64,000 nt of DNA, from NCBI GenBank assembly GCA_002189035.1, contig NEEC01000002.1:3038001-3102000 (forward strand), read 5' to 3'. The DNA comes from Utricularia gibba. Taxonomy: Eukaryota > Plantae > Magnoliophyta. Positions within the stretch are counted from its first letter, which is position 1, and every line of letters starts with the position of its first letter. Below the pieces are notes generated by a model. The model ran no database searches, was not told the origin of the DNA, and was given only the letters and a program-made list of their open reading frames with translations. Below, in pieces: positions 29,332-39,768 of this stretch. A program made the position numbers and the translations under genes.

Positions 29332-29557
29332 TGTAACGACCCCGCGACCTGCACCCTAGACGCTAAGGCCATTACTGACACGAAATTCGTCCTAAGCCCG
29401 TAATTCGTCCTATCGGGTCCATCCTAAGCCCGTCGGGTCTACCCGGAAGACACGAAATTCTAAGGGTTGTTCACAAGTACCCTCCCTTTTAAGGTCAGCC
29501 CCTTACCATGACCGCACCTTTGTCTCTTTTCTGAGGATTTGGGTTGGGGGTGTTACA
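29332..29557 (-). repeat. 3' LTR, internally deleted (226 bp)
   Basis: 29397-29557 matches 35149-35308 with 3 differences; it begins tgtaacga like 34130 and adjoins the PPT. Confidence 0.9.
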
Positions 29558-29568
29558 ATCTCCCCTCC
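29558..29568 (-). promoter_or_regulatory. Polypurine tract (PPT)
   Basis: Minus strand GGAGGGGAGAT immediately before the 3' LTR, directly after the pol stop codon. Confidence 0.85.
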
Positions 29569-32500
29569 TTAAGACGCTTCGTCCCGAAGCGGCAGGCGGA
29601 AGAGCTCAGGGAACTCCTCCCGTACTAGTTCCTCGGGTTCCCATGTTGCATCGTCCTTGCTCCTGCTCGTCCACTGTACTTTTACCCATGGTGTTGCCTT
29701 GCTCTCCGTCGTAGTCACCTTGCGTCCAAGTATGCGCACTGGTTGTGCTTGGTACGTCAGGTTATCCCGTAGCACAAATTGATCCGGCTGTATCAGTGTC
29801 TCGGGTCCGACTAATGCCTTCCTTAGCTGGGACACATGGAACACATCGTGCATGCTCTTCATTCCGGTGGGCAGTTTCAGTCGATACGCCACCTCTCCTA
29901 TCTTCTGCAGTATCTCATAAGGACCCACGTACCTGGGCCCTAGTTTCCCGTGTTTAGTCCCGCGTGTGGCACCCTTCCATGGCGACACCCGCAGGTACAC
30001 CATGTCGCCCACCACAAAGTCCAGTGGTTTCCTGCGCACGTCCGCCCAGCTTTTCTGCCTGTCCTGGGCTACCTTTAGCCTTTCCCTGATGGTTCTTACC
30101 GACTCTTCTGCCTGCTGTACTAATTCGGGTCCTAGCATCTTCTTTTCTCCAACCTCGTCCCAATGGAGGGCTGTCCGGCACCTCCGCCCATATAATGCTT
30201 CGTAAGGTGCCATTCCCAGGCTTGCTTGATGGCTGTTGTTATACGTGAATTCCGCCAGGTAGGTATGCTCGTCCCATTTACCACGAAACTCTAGCGCACA
30301 CGCCCGTAACAGATCCTCCAAAGTCTGGATGGTGCGCTCGGACTGCCCGTCCGTCTGCGGGTGCATCGCCGAGCTCATCAGCAGCTTCGTTCCCAGCGCT
30401 TCTGGGAGTGCCTTCCAAAACCGAGCGGTGAACCGGGCATCTCTGTCGAACACAATGGTAACCGGCACCCCGTGAAGCTTTACTACCTCGCGCATATATA
30501 GCTTGGCCAATCTGGAACTGTCCCATGCCGTTTGGATGGGCAAGAAATGGGCGCTCTTGGTAAGACGGTCCACCACTACCCATATCGCGTCCAGCCCCTC
30601 ACGGGTTCTTGGAAAATGGGTTACGAAATCCATGGTGACATGCTCCCACTTCCACTCAGGAATGTCTAGGGGCTGGAGCATACCGCTGGGACGCTGGTGC
30701 TCGATTTTTACACGTTGGCAGACCGGGCATTCCCCCACGTGACGTGCAATGTCCCTCTTCATGCCTGGCCACCAGAAATCTTGTCGTAAGTCCCGGTACA
30801 TTTTCGTGCTTCCTGGATGGATGGTGAGTCGCGAGGCATGCGCTTCGCCTAGGATTTCCTGTCTCAATTCCTTCACCGGCGGAACCCAAATTCTGCCATG
30901 TACCGTGACCAGCCCATCACCGCGTCTACTATACTCCGCGTCGCCCCTCCCTACCTTCTCCAACAGTTCTCCCCAAGAGTCATCAGCTTCTTGAGCCTCC
31001 TTGATCCTTGGTAGGAGGCTAGACTCCACTCGTAGGGCTGCTAGTCGCCCCTCAAGTTCTTGTAGCTTGCTGTCCAATTCCCCGTCCTTGTCCATCCCCG
31101 ATGCTCACGTTACTCGGCTCAGGCCGTCCGCCACGACGTTGGCCTTTCCAGGGTGATATATAACTTCGATCTCGAAATCCTTGATCAGTTCCAACCACCT
31201 TCGCTGCCTTAGGTTGAGTTCCTTCTGAGTGAAAATATATTTCAGACTCTGATGGTCAGTGAACAGCTCGCATTTGCTTCCATAGAGGTAATGGCGCCAT
31301 ATCTTGAGCGCGAAGACCACCGCTGCCAATTCCAAGTCGTGCACAGGGTAGTTCTTCTCATGTGTCTTGAGTTGGCGAGATGCATAGGCTATCACTTTAC
31401 CTCCCTGCATCAGCACACACCCCAACCCCTTACCTGATGCATCCGTATAGATGGTGTAGCCCACCCCTACACAGGGTAAGGCCAAGACCAGAGCCGTCGT
31501 CAGCCTCTCCTTAAGTTGCACGAAACTTTGTTCGTATGCTCCATCCCAGTGAAATGCAGCCTCCTTGCGCGTTAGCTGAGTCATGGGGCGTGCCAAATAT
31601 GAGAACCCCATAATAAACCGCCTGTAGTATCCTGCGAGACCAAGAAAGCTCTTGACTTCTGTGGGGTTCTTGGGTGTCGACCACCCCACCACAGCTTCGA
31701 TCTTCTTTGGGTCTACTTCCACTCCTGCTCCACTGATAATATGCCCCAGAAATGCTAGACTTTTGAGAAAGAATTCGCACTTACTCTTCTTAGCGAACAG
31801 CCTTTTCTCACGCAGCACTTCCAGGGTCTGTCGGAGGTGCCGCATGTGTGATGCTTCGTCCGGGGAATACACCAGAATATCGTCGATGAACACCACCACG
31901 AACTGATCGAGATAGGGCTGGAACACCCTATTCATTAGGTCCATAAAGGCGGCTGGGGCATTGGTGAGGTCGAATGGCATCACCACGAACTCATGATGCC
32001 CATATCTAGTCCGAAATGCTGTCTTCGGGATATCGCATTCCTTAATCTTTAGTTGATGGTAACCAGACCGTAAGTCTATCTTGGAAAATATAGATGCCCC
32101 TTGTAGTTGGTCGAACAGGTCCTCAATTCGGGGTAGAGGGTAACGGTTCCTCACGATCACTTTGTTCAGTGCTCGATAGTCCACGCACAACCGCATCGTG
32201 CCATCCTTCTTCTTCACAAACAGTACGGGGGCTCCCCAGGGTGACACACTTGGCCTGATGAACCCTTTCTCGAGGAGGTCTTCTAGTTGCGTCTTTAGTT
32301 CCTTCATTTCAGAAGGCGACATCCGGTACGGTGCCTTGGTGATAGGCTCCGTCCCTTCCAGCAGCCTGATCTCGAATTCTATTTCCCGGTCCGGCATGTG
32401 TCCAGGGAGTTCCTCTAGAAACACGTCATCGAATTCCTTCAGCAAAGCTTCGACTTCACTATCATGCGGGGTTTCCCTGGTGGCCATGTGGGCTAACACA

Positions 32501-33987
32501 TAGAATGCCGCGTGCTCGTACACTTCCTTCTCCTTGCGCATGCATGTCCCAGTCCGTGCTGAGAATTCCCACCAATCTCCATTCTGTCCTCGCAGCTCTA
32601 TACATCTTTCAGCACAACTGATTCGTGCCCCATATTTCCCTAGCCAGCTCAACCCTAGAATGACATCGAACTCACCGACCTGGACTTCGTAGAAATCTGC
32701 CCTGCTGGTCATTTCCCCAAGCCTGAAACTCACCGCCCTATGTATCCTACGGCATATAAGACTCCCACCTCCAGCTACTTTCACCCTCAGTCCCTGGCTG
32801 AGTTCCTCTCCTAACCTGCCTAGTTTTCTAACACAAGTTCCCGACACAAAGCAATGCGTAGCTCCACAATCAAACAACGTAGACACGTTCAAGTTGTCGA
32901 GAAGGAGTGTACCCGTGATGGCGCCACTGTCATCTTCAGCATCGGCCTTTGTGAGGTGGAAGATCCTTGCTCCAGCACGTCCCGTGGCCACTCTCGCGGC
33001 ATTGGTAACAGCCCCTGGGTCGGCATTCAGCTTCCTTGGTTTTGGGCACTCTCGCGAAATGTGTCCTGCCTCGCCACAGTTGTAGCACACACGAGTTGTC
33101 AAATAGCACGTACCCGTGTGTCTTCTTCCACAAGTGGGGCAGAGGGGGCGCTCTCTACCATTAGTCTCATTCCTCCCCCCTCGGTTCACTACTGCGGTCC
33201 CTTTTCTATCGCCAGTCGCTGTCCTCTTTGCGCTTGCTCTGTCCTGTTCATGTAGTTCCGTCTCTACCATTACCGCAGCAGCCAGTAGGTCTATAAGGCG
33301 CGCTGCAGGTACTGCTGCCACTCTTAATCTGATCCGGGGCAGCAACGCTTGGCGAAACTGCATTACCTTTAGCCCTTCGTTGGTAGAGATCCCTGCGCAA
33401 AACCGAGACAGCTTCTGGAATCGGGTGTGTAACTCTTGAACGCTCTCGTCGACCCCTTGAGTGAGGTTAACGAATTCACTCATTTTCTGTGTTTTCACCA
33501 CCTCTGGATAGTAACGATCCAGGAACTCTTTCCGGAAGTCCTCCCAATCAGCTTCCCCGTCGGAACCATTCATGCCCGTCCACCACTGCGCCGCATCACC
33601 CACCAGAAAATATTCAGCGACCGTGACGCGGATGCTGGTTGGTGTCTCGTACAGCTTCATGTTCCGTGTCAGTTCCAGTAGCCAGGCCTCCGCCTCATCA
33701 GGTGTCCCTCCGCCAAAGGTTGGCATGCGGGCTTTCTTCAGTTTTTCATACTGAGTGCACACCTGCTCTCCCAAGGACGCAGATTGGGTTTCCTGGTTGC
33801 CCCCACTCCCTTCGCCATTTCCCCGGGCAGCAGCTGCTGCCACGTTGGCCACTTGGTCAGCCGTAAAGGTATCCGCATTGGCCTGAGGGCGGGGCACATT
33901 TCTACGTGGAGCCCTAGCAAGTTCGTTCGCTGGTACCTCATCGTTTCCCCCAGTCCTTGCTGTACTAGCTCTCGATCTAGTCCTCAT
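29569..33987 (-). pseudogene. gag-pol polyprotein (Gag, zinc knuckle, PR, RT, RNase H, integrase, chromodomain) with one in-frame TGA at 31107-31105
   Basis: [63 protein letters not shown]...CPVC, GPRYVGPY, VKVQWTSRSKDDATWEPEE. The two listed ORFs are in the same frame, separated by TGA GCA TCG GGG ATG. Confidence 0.9.
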
Positions 33988-34115
33988 TCCTGTCCTGTCA
34001 CGTTACATCTTTGGTTAACACACTCGCAAACTAACTTGGCGTACCTGGCAGCGGCGGGGCAGCGAGGGGATCGACTTTCCTATCCCTGTTCCCAACCCTC
34101 AAGGACCCGAACCTG

Positions 34116-34127
34116 GCTCTGATACCA
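34116..34127 (-). promoter_or_regulatory. Primer binding site (tRNA-iMet)
   Basis: Minus strand TGGTATCAGAGC, 2 nt after the 5' LTR end. Confidence 0.92.
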
Positions 34128-34129
34128 AT

Positions 34130-35308
34130 TGTAACGAATTACTGACACCTAACACTCAGTATTGGTGTCCCAATCATTATGGGGTGGGTTAGGAACGTGG
34201 TTGAGGGTGCATTCCTCCCTTGCCACACCGCCATTCCTGGCACCTAGCGATCCCCGGCAGCATCCCTAGCCGGATCCTTTCGCCAAGACTCACCAAACAG
34301 CACAAGGAGCGAAGTAGATATTTTATCAAGTCACGACAATCCAAAGTTCCATACCAGGCGGCAAGCCTCGGCGCACGGCACCACAACACAAAGGAAGAAC
34401 GAACACAACCAGCAAGGAAATAGAGCTAAGTCACGAAGAGAAAAGTAAGACAGCAAGTCTCGCCACACAGCCATCCACCACACATCCTAGAGATCACGCC
34501 TCACTCGACATCCACCTCCGCTGCACCCGCCTCGCCATCAGCCACGCCACCTACACAGGAAAGAGTAAGGGAAGTCAGTCCTAGGCACACGGCTCCCTCA
34601 AAAAAGCCTAAACTACACATATTCACGAAGTTTCCCATCCACACGATCATCACTGCTGTTCGCACACACTGCCCCCGTGAGGCATCTCCGTAACTTCTCG
34701 TATCGGCTCGCAGCCCATCCTAGGCATCTCCGATGTTCTCGTAATCAATCCGAACACCTTTCCACACAGAATCCTACACGTTTGGCACCTCTCCCACTGA
34801 GCACAAGTGCTCAGTGTTGCCGCCAAGACCGTAGTTCGATGGCCCCGCTTATTGCTCACATGGCCTCACGATCCGCGGCTTCGCCGCGTTGCCATTGGGG
34901 GTGCACTCCCCAATCCCGCCGTAGCTCACAACCCCTCGATCACACAGCGAGGTGCCTCGATCACACAGCGAGGACTTTTAAGAACAAGACCATATCTCCA
35001 CACACGAAGTTAGCTTCCACCAATCTGTCCCGCAGCACAATTCAACCATAAAGCCCTTACCTTTGTGCAGTTTTCGTCTTCCTCTTGGAGTGGCTGCCGT
35101 CCCTCTCAGCTGGTGTCCCTTCCAAGGGCTCTAGCCCTTCTACTTATACCCGTAATTCGTCCTATCGGGTCCATCCTAAGCCTGTCGGTCTACCCGGAAG
35201 ACACGAAATTCTAAGGGTTGTTCACAAGTACCCTCCCTTTTAAGGTCAGCCCCTTACCATGACCGCACCTTTGTCTCTTTTCTGAGGATTTGGGTCGGGG
35301 GTGTTACA
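34130..35308 (-). repeat. 5' LTR (1179 bp) with TATA-like box at 35148-35141
   Basis: Bounded by TGTAAC/GTTACA and abuts the PBS; minus-strand TATAAGTA lies ~160 nt from its start. Confidence 0.9.
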
Positions 35309-36048
35309 TTAGCATGTGATGGCCGGCAAGGGCTGCAATGAAGATGTCACTTGTATTGAATGGCGGATATCTGGTTGGAATCGAAGGATGATCTTTTCTT
35401 GATGATTATCATTAAAGATTGTATGAATGTATTGACATGGAAATGCTTACGAAGTTGGCAAGAACCTGCTGCTACCATTTTGTGCGTTCTTTTGGGTTAT
35501 ACTATGTTGATGTAATTAAGAAGGTTTAGTATAAGAATTGTATTTCCATATAAACTTTGAAAAAAACTGCAAATTGAGAGGACTTTTCCTATCTATTCTT
35601 TAAACTTATATTCCTTTTTTTATTTTTAACCTAATTTTGAACGTTTATTTTTGAAATAAATTGAACTCTTTTATCCTAACCTACAAACCAAAAAAACTTT
35701 ATTCACTTTTTCAACTGAATTGCGGAACTAACTGTGGGAGAGGCGCGAATAAGTGATCGACCTTGGGCGTGGGCCATTTACCCCAGCCCAGCAGTTCAGA
35801 AACCCAACCTGAAATGCATTTGGGTTGGGCTTCGAGTAGGGGCGATTAGGGTAAACCCAATGTTAATTATACTATAAACAAGGGGAAGAAGCGCAATTAG
35901 AGTAAATACAGTGACTGCTGTCCTGCCCCAGGCTGCGGAGTGCCCGAGGAGAACTCTACCGGCAGCCTGGGTTTTCCATTCAGGAGTATAAAAGACAAGG
36001 CCACCTCATTCTAAAACGTAACAAATTTTCTCACCTAACGCCGAGGAG

Positions 36049-37888
36049 ATGGCTTCATCCGCTGTAGTCAAACTGAACGCTGCGGCCTCCTCGGGGATCT
36101 CCAGCAACCATTCTGCCCGTCATCGACCCGGATCGGGAGCTGTGCTTACCCCTCGCCGCGTCTCCGTAATTCGAGCGGGCTCACACACCGATGAGCTCGT
36201 CAAAACCGCGGTGAGTTGGAATACCCAAATTCTTTTTCTATGATTCTTCTGCATTTGTTTCATCAAATGTCTGATTTTTTGTTTGAGGTGAGTTATCGGG
36301 TATGTGGCGTTCTTTTAAATTGTTTGAAAGTTCGAATCTTGGGATGATTTAGAGCTAGTAGGATGACATACTGGTACACTGTAGTTCCGTGCTGTTTCGT
36401 TGTTCTTGTTTTTAGAAGCCTGAATATGATTTCATTGTGCTGGTAAAGAATGTGGCACATGAATAGTACCAATCATGGAACATCAGCATTGTGCTGCTAA
36501 ATTTGTTTTGACTGTCTGGCATTGCATGATCTAGAAAACGATTGCATCTCCTGGAAGGGGAATACTTGCCATCGATGAATCAAATGCTACCTGTGGGAAG
36601 AGATTGGCTTCTATTGGACTTGACAACACGGAAACAAACAGACAGGCGTATAGACAACTTCTCTTGACGACTCCTGGCCTTGGTGAATATATTTCTGGTG
36701 CCATTCTATTTGAGGAGACACTTTACCAATCAACCTTGGATGGGAAAAAGTTTGTTGACTGCTTGCGCGATCAGAATATTATACCTGGGATTAAGGTTGA
36801 TAAGGTGAGGTTTAGAGGAATTCTTGGATATTTAAGGCTTAAGTTTACTGCAGCTTATGACTGGCTTATATCTCACATCAATTCAAATTTTCCTTATACA
36901 GGGCTTGGTTCCTCTACCGGGATCAAACAACGAATCCTGGTGCCAGGGATTAGATGGATTAGCTTCTCGATCAGCGGAATATTATAAACAAGGGGCTCGT
37001 TTTGCAAAATGGTATCTTACATTTTAAGGCACTTGGTTAGAGAAGAAAGCTAAGTTTGTGCTACTGTAATTTGCAGGAGAACTGTTGTTAGCATACCCAG
37101 TGGTCCATCTGAATTAGCTGTCAAAGAAGCTGCTTGGGGACTTGCTCGATATGCTTCCATTTCTCAGGTAGAGATTTCACGGCTCTTGCATATACTTTGT
37201 AGTACATTTCTGTTGAATCCGTTTAAAGCTGACTAGCTCTTGAATACGTCATCTAATCCATGAGTTATGGATAGGACAATGGTCTTGTACCAATTGTTGA
37301 ACCTGAGATTCTTCTTGATGGAGACCACCCTATCGAGAGGACCCTTGAAGTAGCTGAGCGAGTGTGGTCCGAAGTGTTCTATTACTTGGCACAGAACAAT
37401 GTTATCTTTGAAGGGATTCTTCTGAAGCCCAGCATGGTTACCCCTGGGGCTGATCATAAGGAAAAAGCTTCTCCTGAATCTATTGCCAAGCATACTCTTT
37501 CCATGCTCAAGAGAAGAGTTCCTCCTGCAGTTCCCGGAATCATGGTAAGCCTAATGTTCTCTTCTGTTTTTGGCATTTCTTCCAATAACCTCTATCTGCT
37601 GTTGTACAGTTCTTGTCTGGCGGGCAGTCTGAAGTAGAAGCAACACTAAACCTCAATGCCATGAACCAATCTCCAAACCCATGGCACGTTTCCTTCTCCT
37701 ACGCACGAGCACTGCAGAACACTGTGCTTAAGACCTGGCAAGGACGCCGCGAGAATGTAGAAGCTGCACAGAAAGCACTTCTGGTGCGCGCCAAGGCCAA
37801 CTCTTTGGCGCAGTTCGGCAAGTACTCAGAGCAGGGAGAGAGCGACGAGGCCAAAAAAGGGATGTTTGTAAAGGGTTACACATACTGA
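36049..37888 (+). CDS. FBA3: Plastid fructose-bisphosphate aldolase, FBA3 type (exons 36049-36210, 36535-36804, 36902-37011, 37077-37167, 37275-37544, 37610-37888)
   Basis: Transit peptide, [56 protein letters not shown]-terminal GMFVKGYTY; all introns GT-AG and in frame. Confidence 0.95.
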
Positions 37889-38275
37889 GGCAAGCTTACA
37901 GTATCTGTAGCCCCTCCTTTTCTTGCTTGATGACAAAACGCTCTCTTTTTCTCCGAATGTGTTGCTTGATAATCTATGCCTTGGAGCATGTAATGTTTTG
38001 GCCTGCAAGCCGCTCATCATGTGGTGTTGTTCTTGGACTCTTTTGGGCTTCTTGATTGTTCTTTCAGGCCCAAACTTGGGTTACCCGAGCGGCGACGTTT
38101 TAAGCGCACAATAGAAAGGTCTCACTTTCTCCACTAAAAGACGCCTCCTCTGTCGCCAAAATATCCAGTCTATCATCCCAATCCTGTGGAGAAATCTCTG
38201 CTTATCCTCAAAGGTAGAGAATTCAAGCAAGAAGCGTCTAAGGCGCTCGGCACGAAATTGCACCCGAAACATCAG

Positions 38276-39768
38276 ATGGGAAGCGCAGGCGCTATAATTT
38301 GGAATCCGAATGTCAACAGTAATGCGTTCTGTTTCAAATGCTTGAACTCGAATCCGCGGCCAAGAACTGTTCTTGACGGTAGTTGGAAGAAACCCATGTT
38401 GATGGGTCAGTCTTTAAGGAACCACAGGCGAATCGTTTGCTCAGCAATTGAAGACCTCACAGAGAAATCAAGCGAAATCAACGGCAGCGGTTTGAACAGA
38501 GGTGGGCAGACTGTTGAAGATACAATTGGTAAAGTTTGGACTTTGAAAAGCTTGGACCTTTTTCGCTGTTCATTCAGAATGTTTAGCGCTTCATGTATGG
38601 AGGGATTTTTCTGGGTTTGATATCAAATCAACTTATTCAATCAAATGGTGGCTTGTATTCCATTTGATGCTTCTCTGGCCTGTGACTTTTAAGGTTAAAG
38701 AAGTGGACTTTGTGCTGTTTTAGGTTCTTTTTTCCTTTTGTAGGAAGTGGTGGTATTTTTCTCCTAAGATATCTCTGCTGTAACATTACAGATGCCAATG
38801 ATGGGGAGCTGGAAAACCCTTTTGTGAAGGATGATGATTCTAATGATCTGAGCAGTCCCGTTTACAATTTTCTGTATCCAAGTAAAGAGATGCTCCCAGA
38901 TGACAAGGAAATGAGTATCTTTGACCATTTAGAAGAATTGAGGGAGAGAATTTTTGTATCAGTTTTGGCTGTTGGAGCTGCAATGCTTGGCTGTTTTGCC
39001 ATTTCCAAGGATCTTATCATGATACTTGAAGCTCCGGTTACAGCTCAAGGCGTTCGGTTCTTGCAGTTAGCACCCGGAGAATTTTTCTTCACTACCCTTA
39101 AGGTTTCCATCATGCCCCATTGACCTCCTACCATTGATATTTTACAGAGGTCCAAAGTCTGAAGCTAGTTGAATTAACTGAAACTGCAGGTATCAGGATA
39201 TTGCGGCCTTCTATTAGGAAGCCCAGTGATTCTCTATGAGATCATAGCCTTCGTTCTTCCTGGTTTGACATTGTCGGAGAGACGGTTCCTGGGGCCAATC
39301 GTGTTTGGATCATCAATCCTGTTCTACGCAGGGATCATCTTCTCCTACTACGTTCTCGCCCCGCAGCCTTGACATTCTTCGTCAATTACGCTGAGGGGTC
39401 GTCGAGTCTCTGTGGTCGATCGATCAGTACTTCGAGTTCGTCCTCATTCTCATGTTCAGTACAGGATTGTCTTTCCAGGTTCGATCCTTCCTTCCGTTCA
39501 CCACATCCCTTCACCTTCTCCGAGTTTTCTAATGACGGGCTCGCTTCCACCTCGCCCAGGTTCCCGTGATACAGCTGCTTCTTGGACAGCTTGGGGTGGT
39601 TTCATCGGATCAAATGCTGTCCATCTGGAGATACGTGGTGGTTGGGTCTGTGATTGCGGCAGCCATACTCACACCATCAACCGATCCGCTCACGCAGGTG
39701 CTCCTGGCCGGCCCCTCATGGGTCTCTACTTGGGCGGCGCGTGGGTTGTCAAGGCACTTGGACGATGA
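38276..39768 (+). CDS. TATC: Chloroplast twin-arginine translocase TatC (exons 38276-38528, 38792-39102, 39190-39478, 39560-39768); three 1-bp deletions as assembled
   Basis: [71 protein letters not shown]. The frame is restored by adding one base to each run at 39359-39362, 39395-39398 and 39712-39715. Confidence 0.88.

Larger units (their letters stand above)
29332..35308 (-). mobile_element. Ty3/gypsy chromovirus (Tekay/Del-like) LTR retrotransposon
   Basis: TGTAAC...GTTACA termini, PBS, PPT, gag-pol with an integrase chromodomain, and TTAG on both flanks. Confidence 0.95.

Noticed and set aside
29745-35051. Many short ORFs overlapping gag-pol and the 5' LTR, as a possible extra or antisense retroelement gene
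   Set aside because: All are short and expected by chance in GC-rich DNA; no motif support.
29290-35470. Rejoined insertion site reading GVRLACD...IWLES, like a LINE RNase H
   Set aside because: Only a few residues match and stops intervene; too weak to call.
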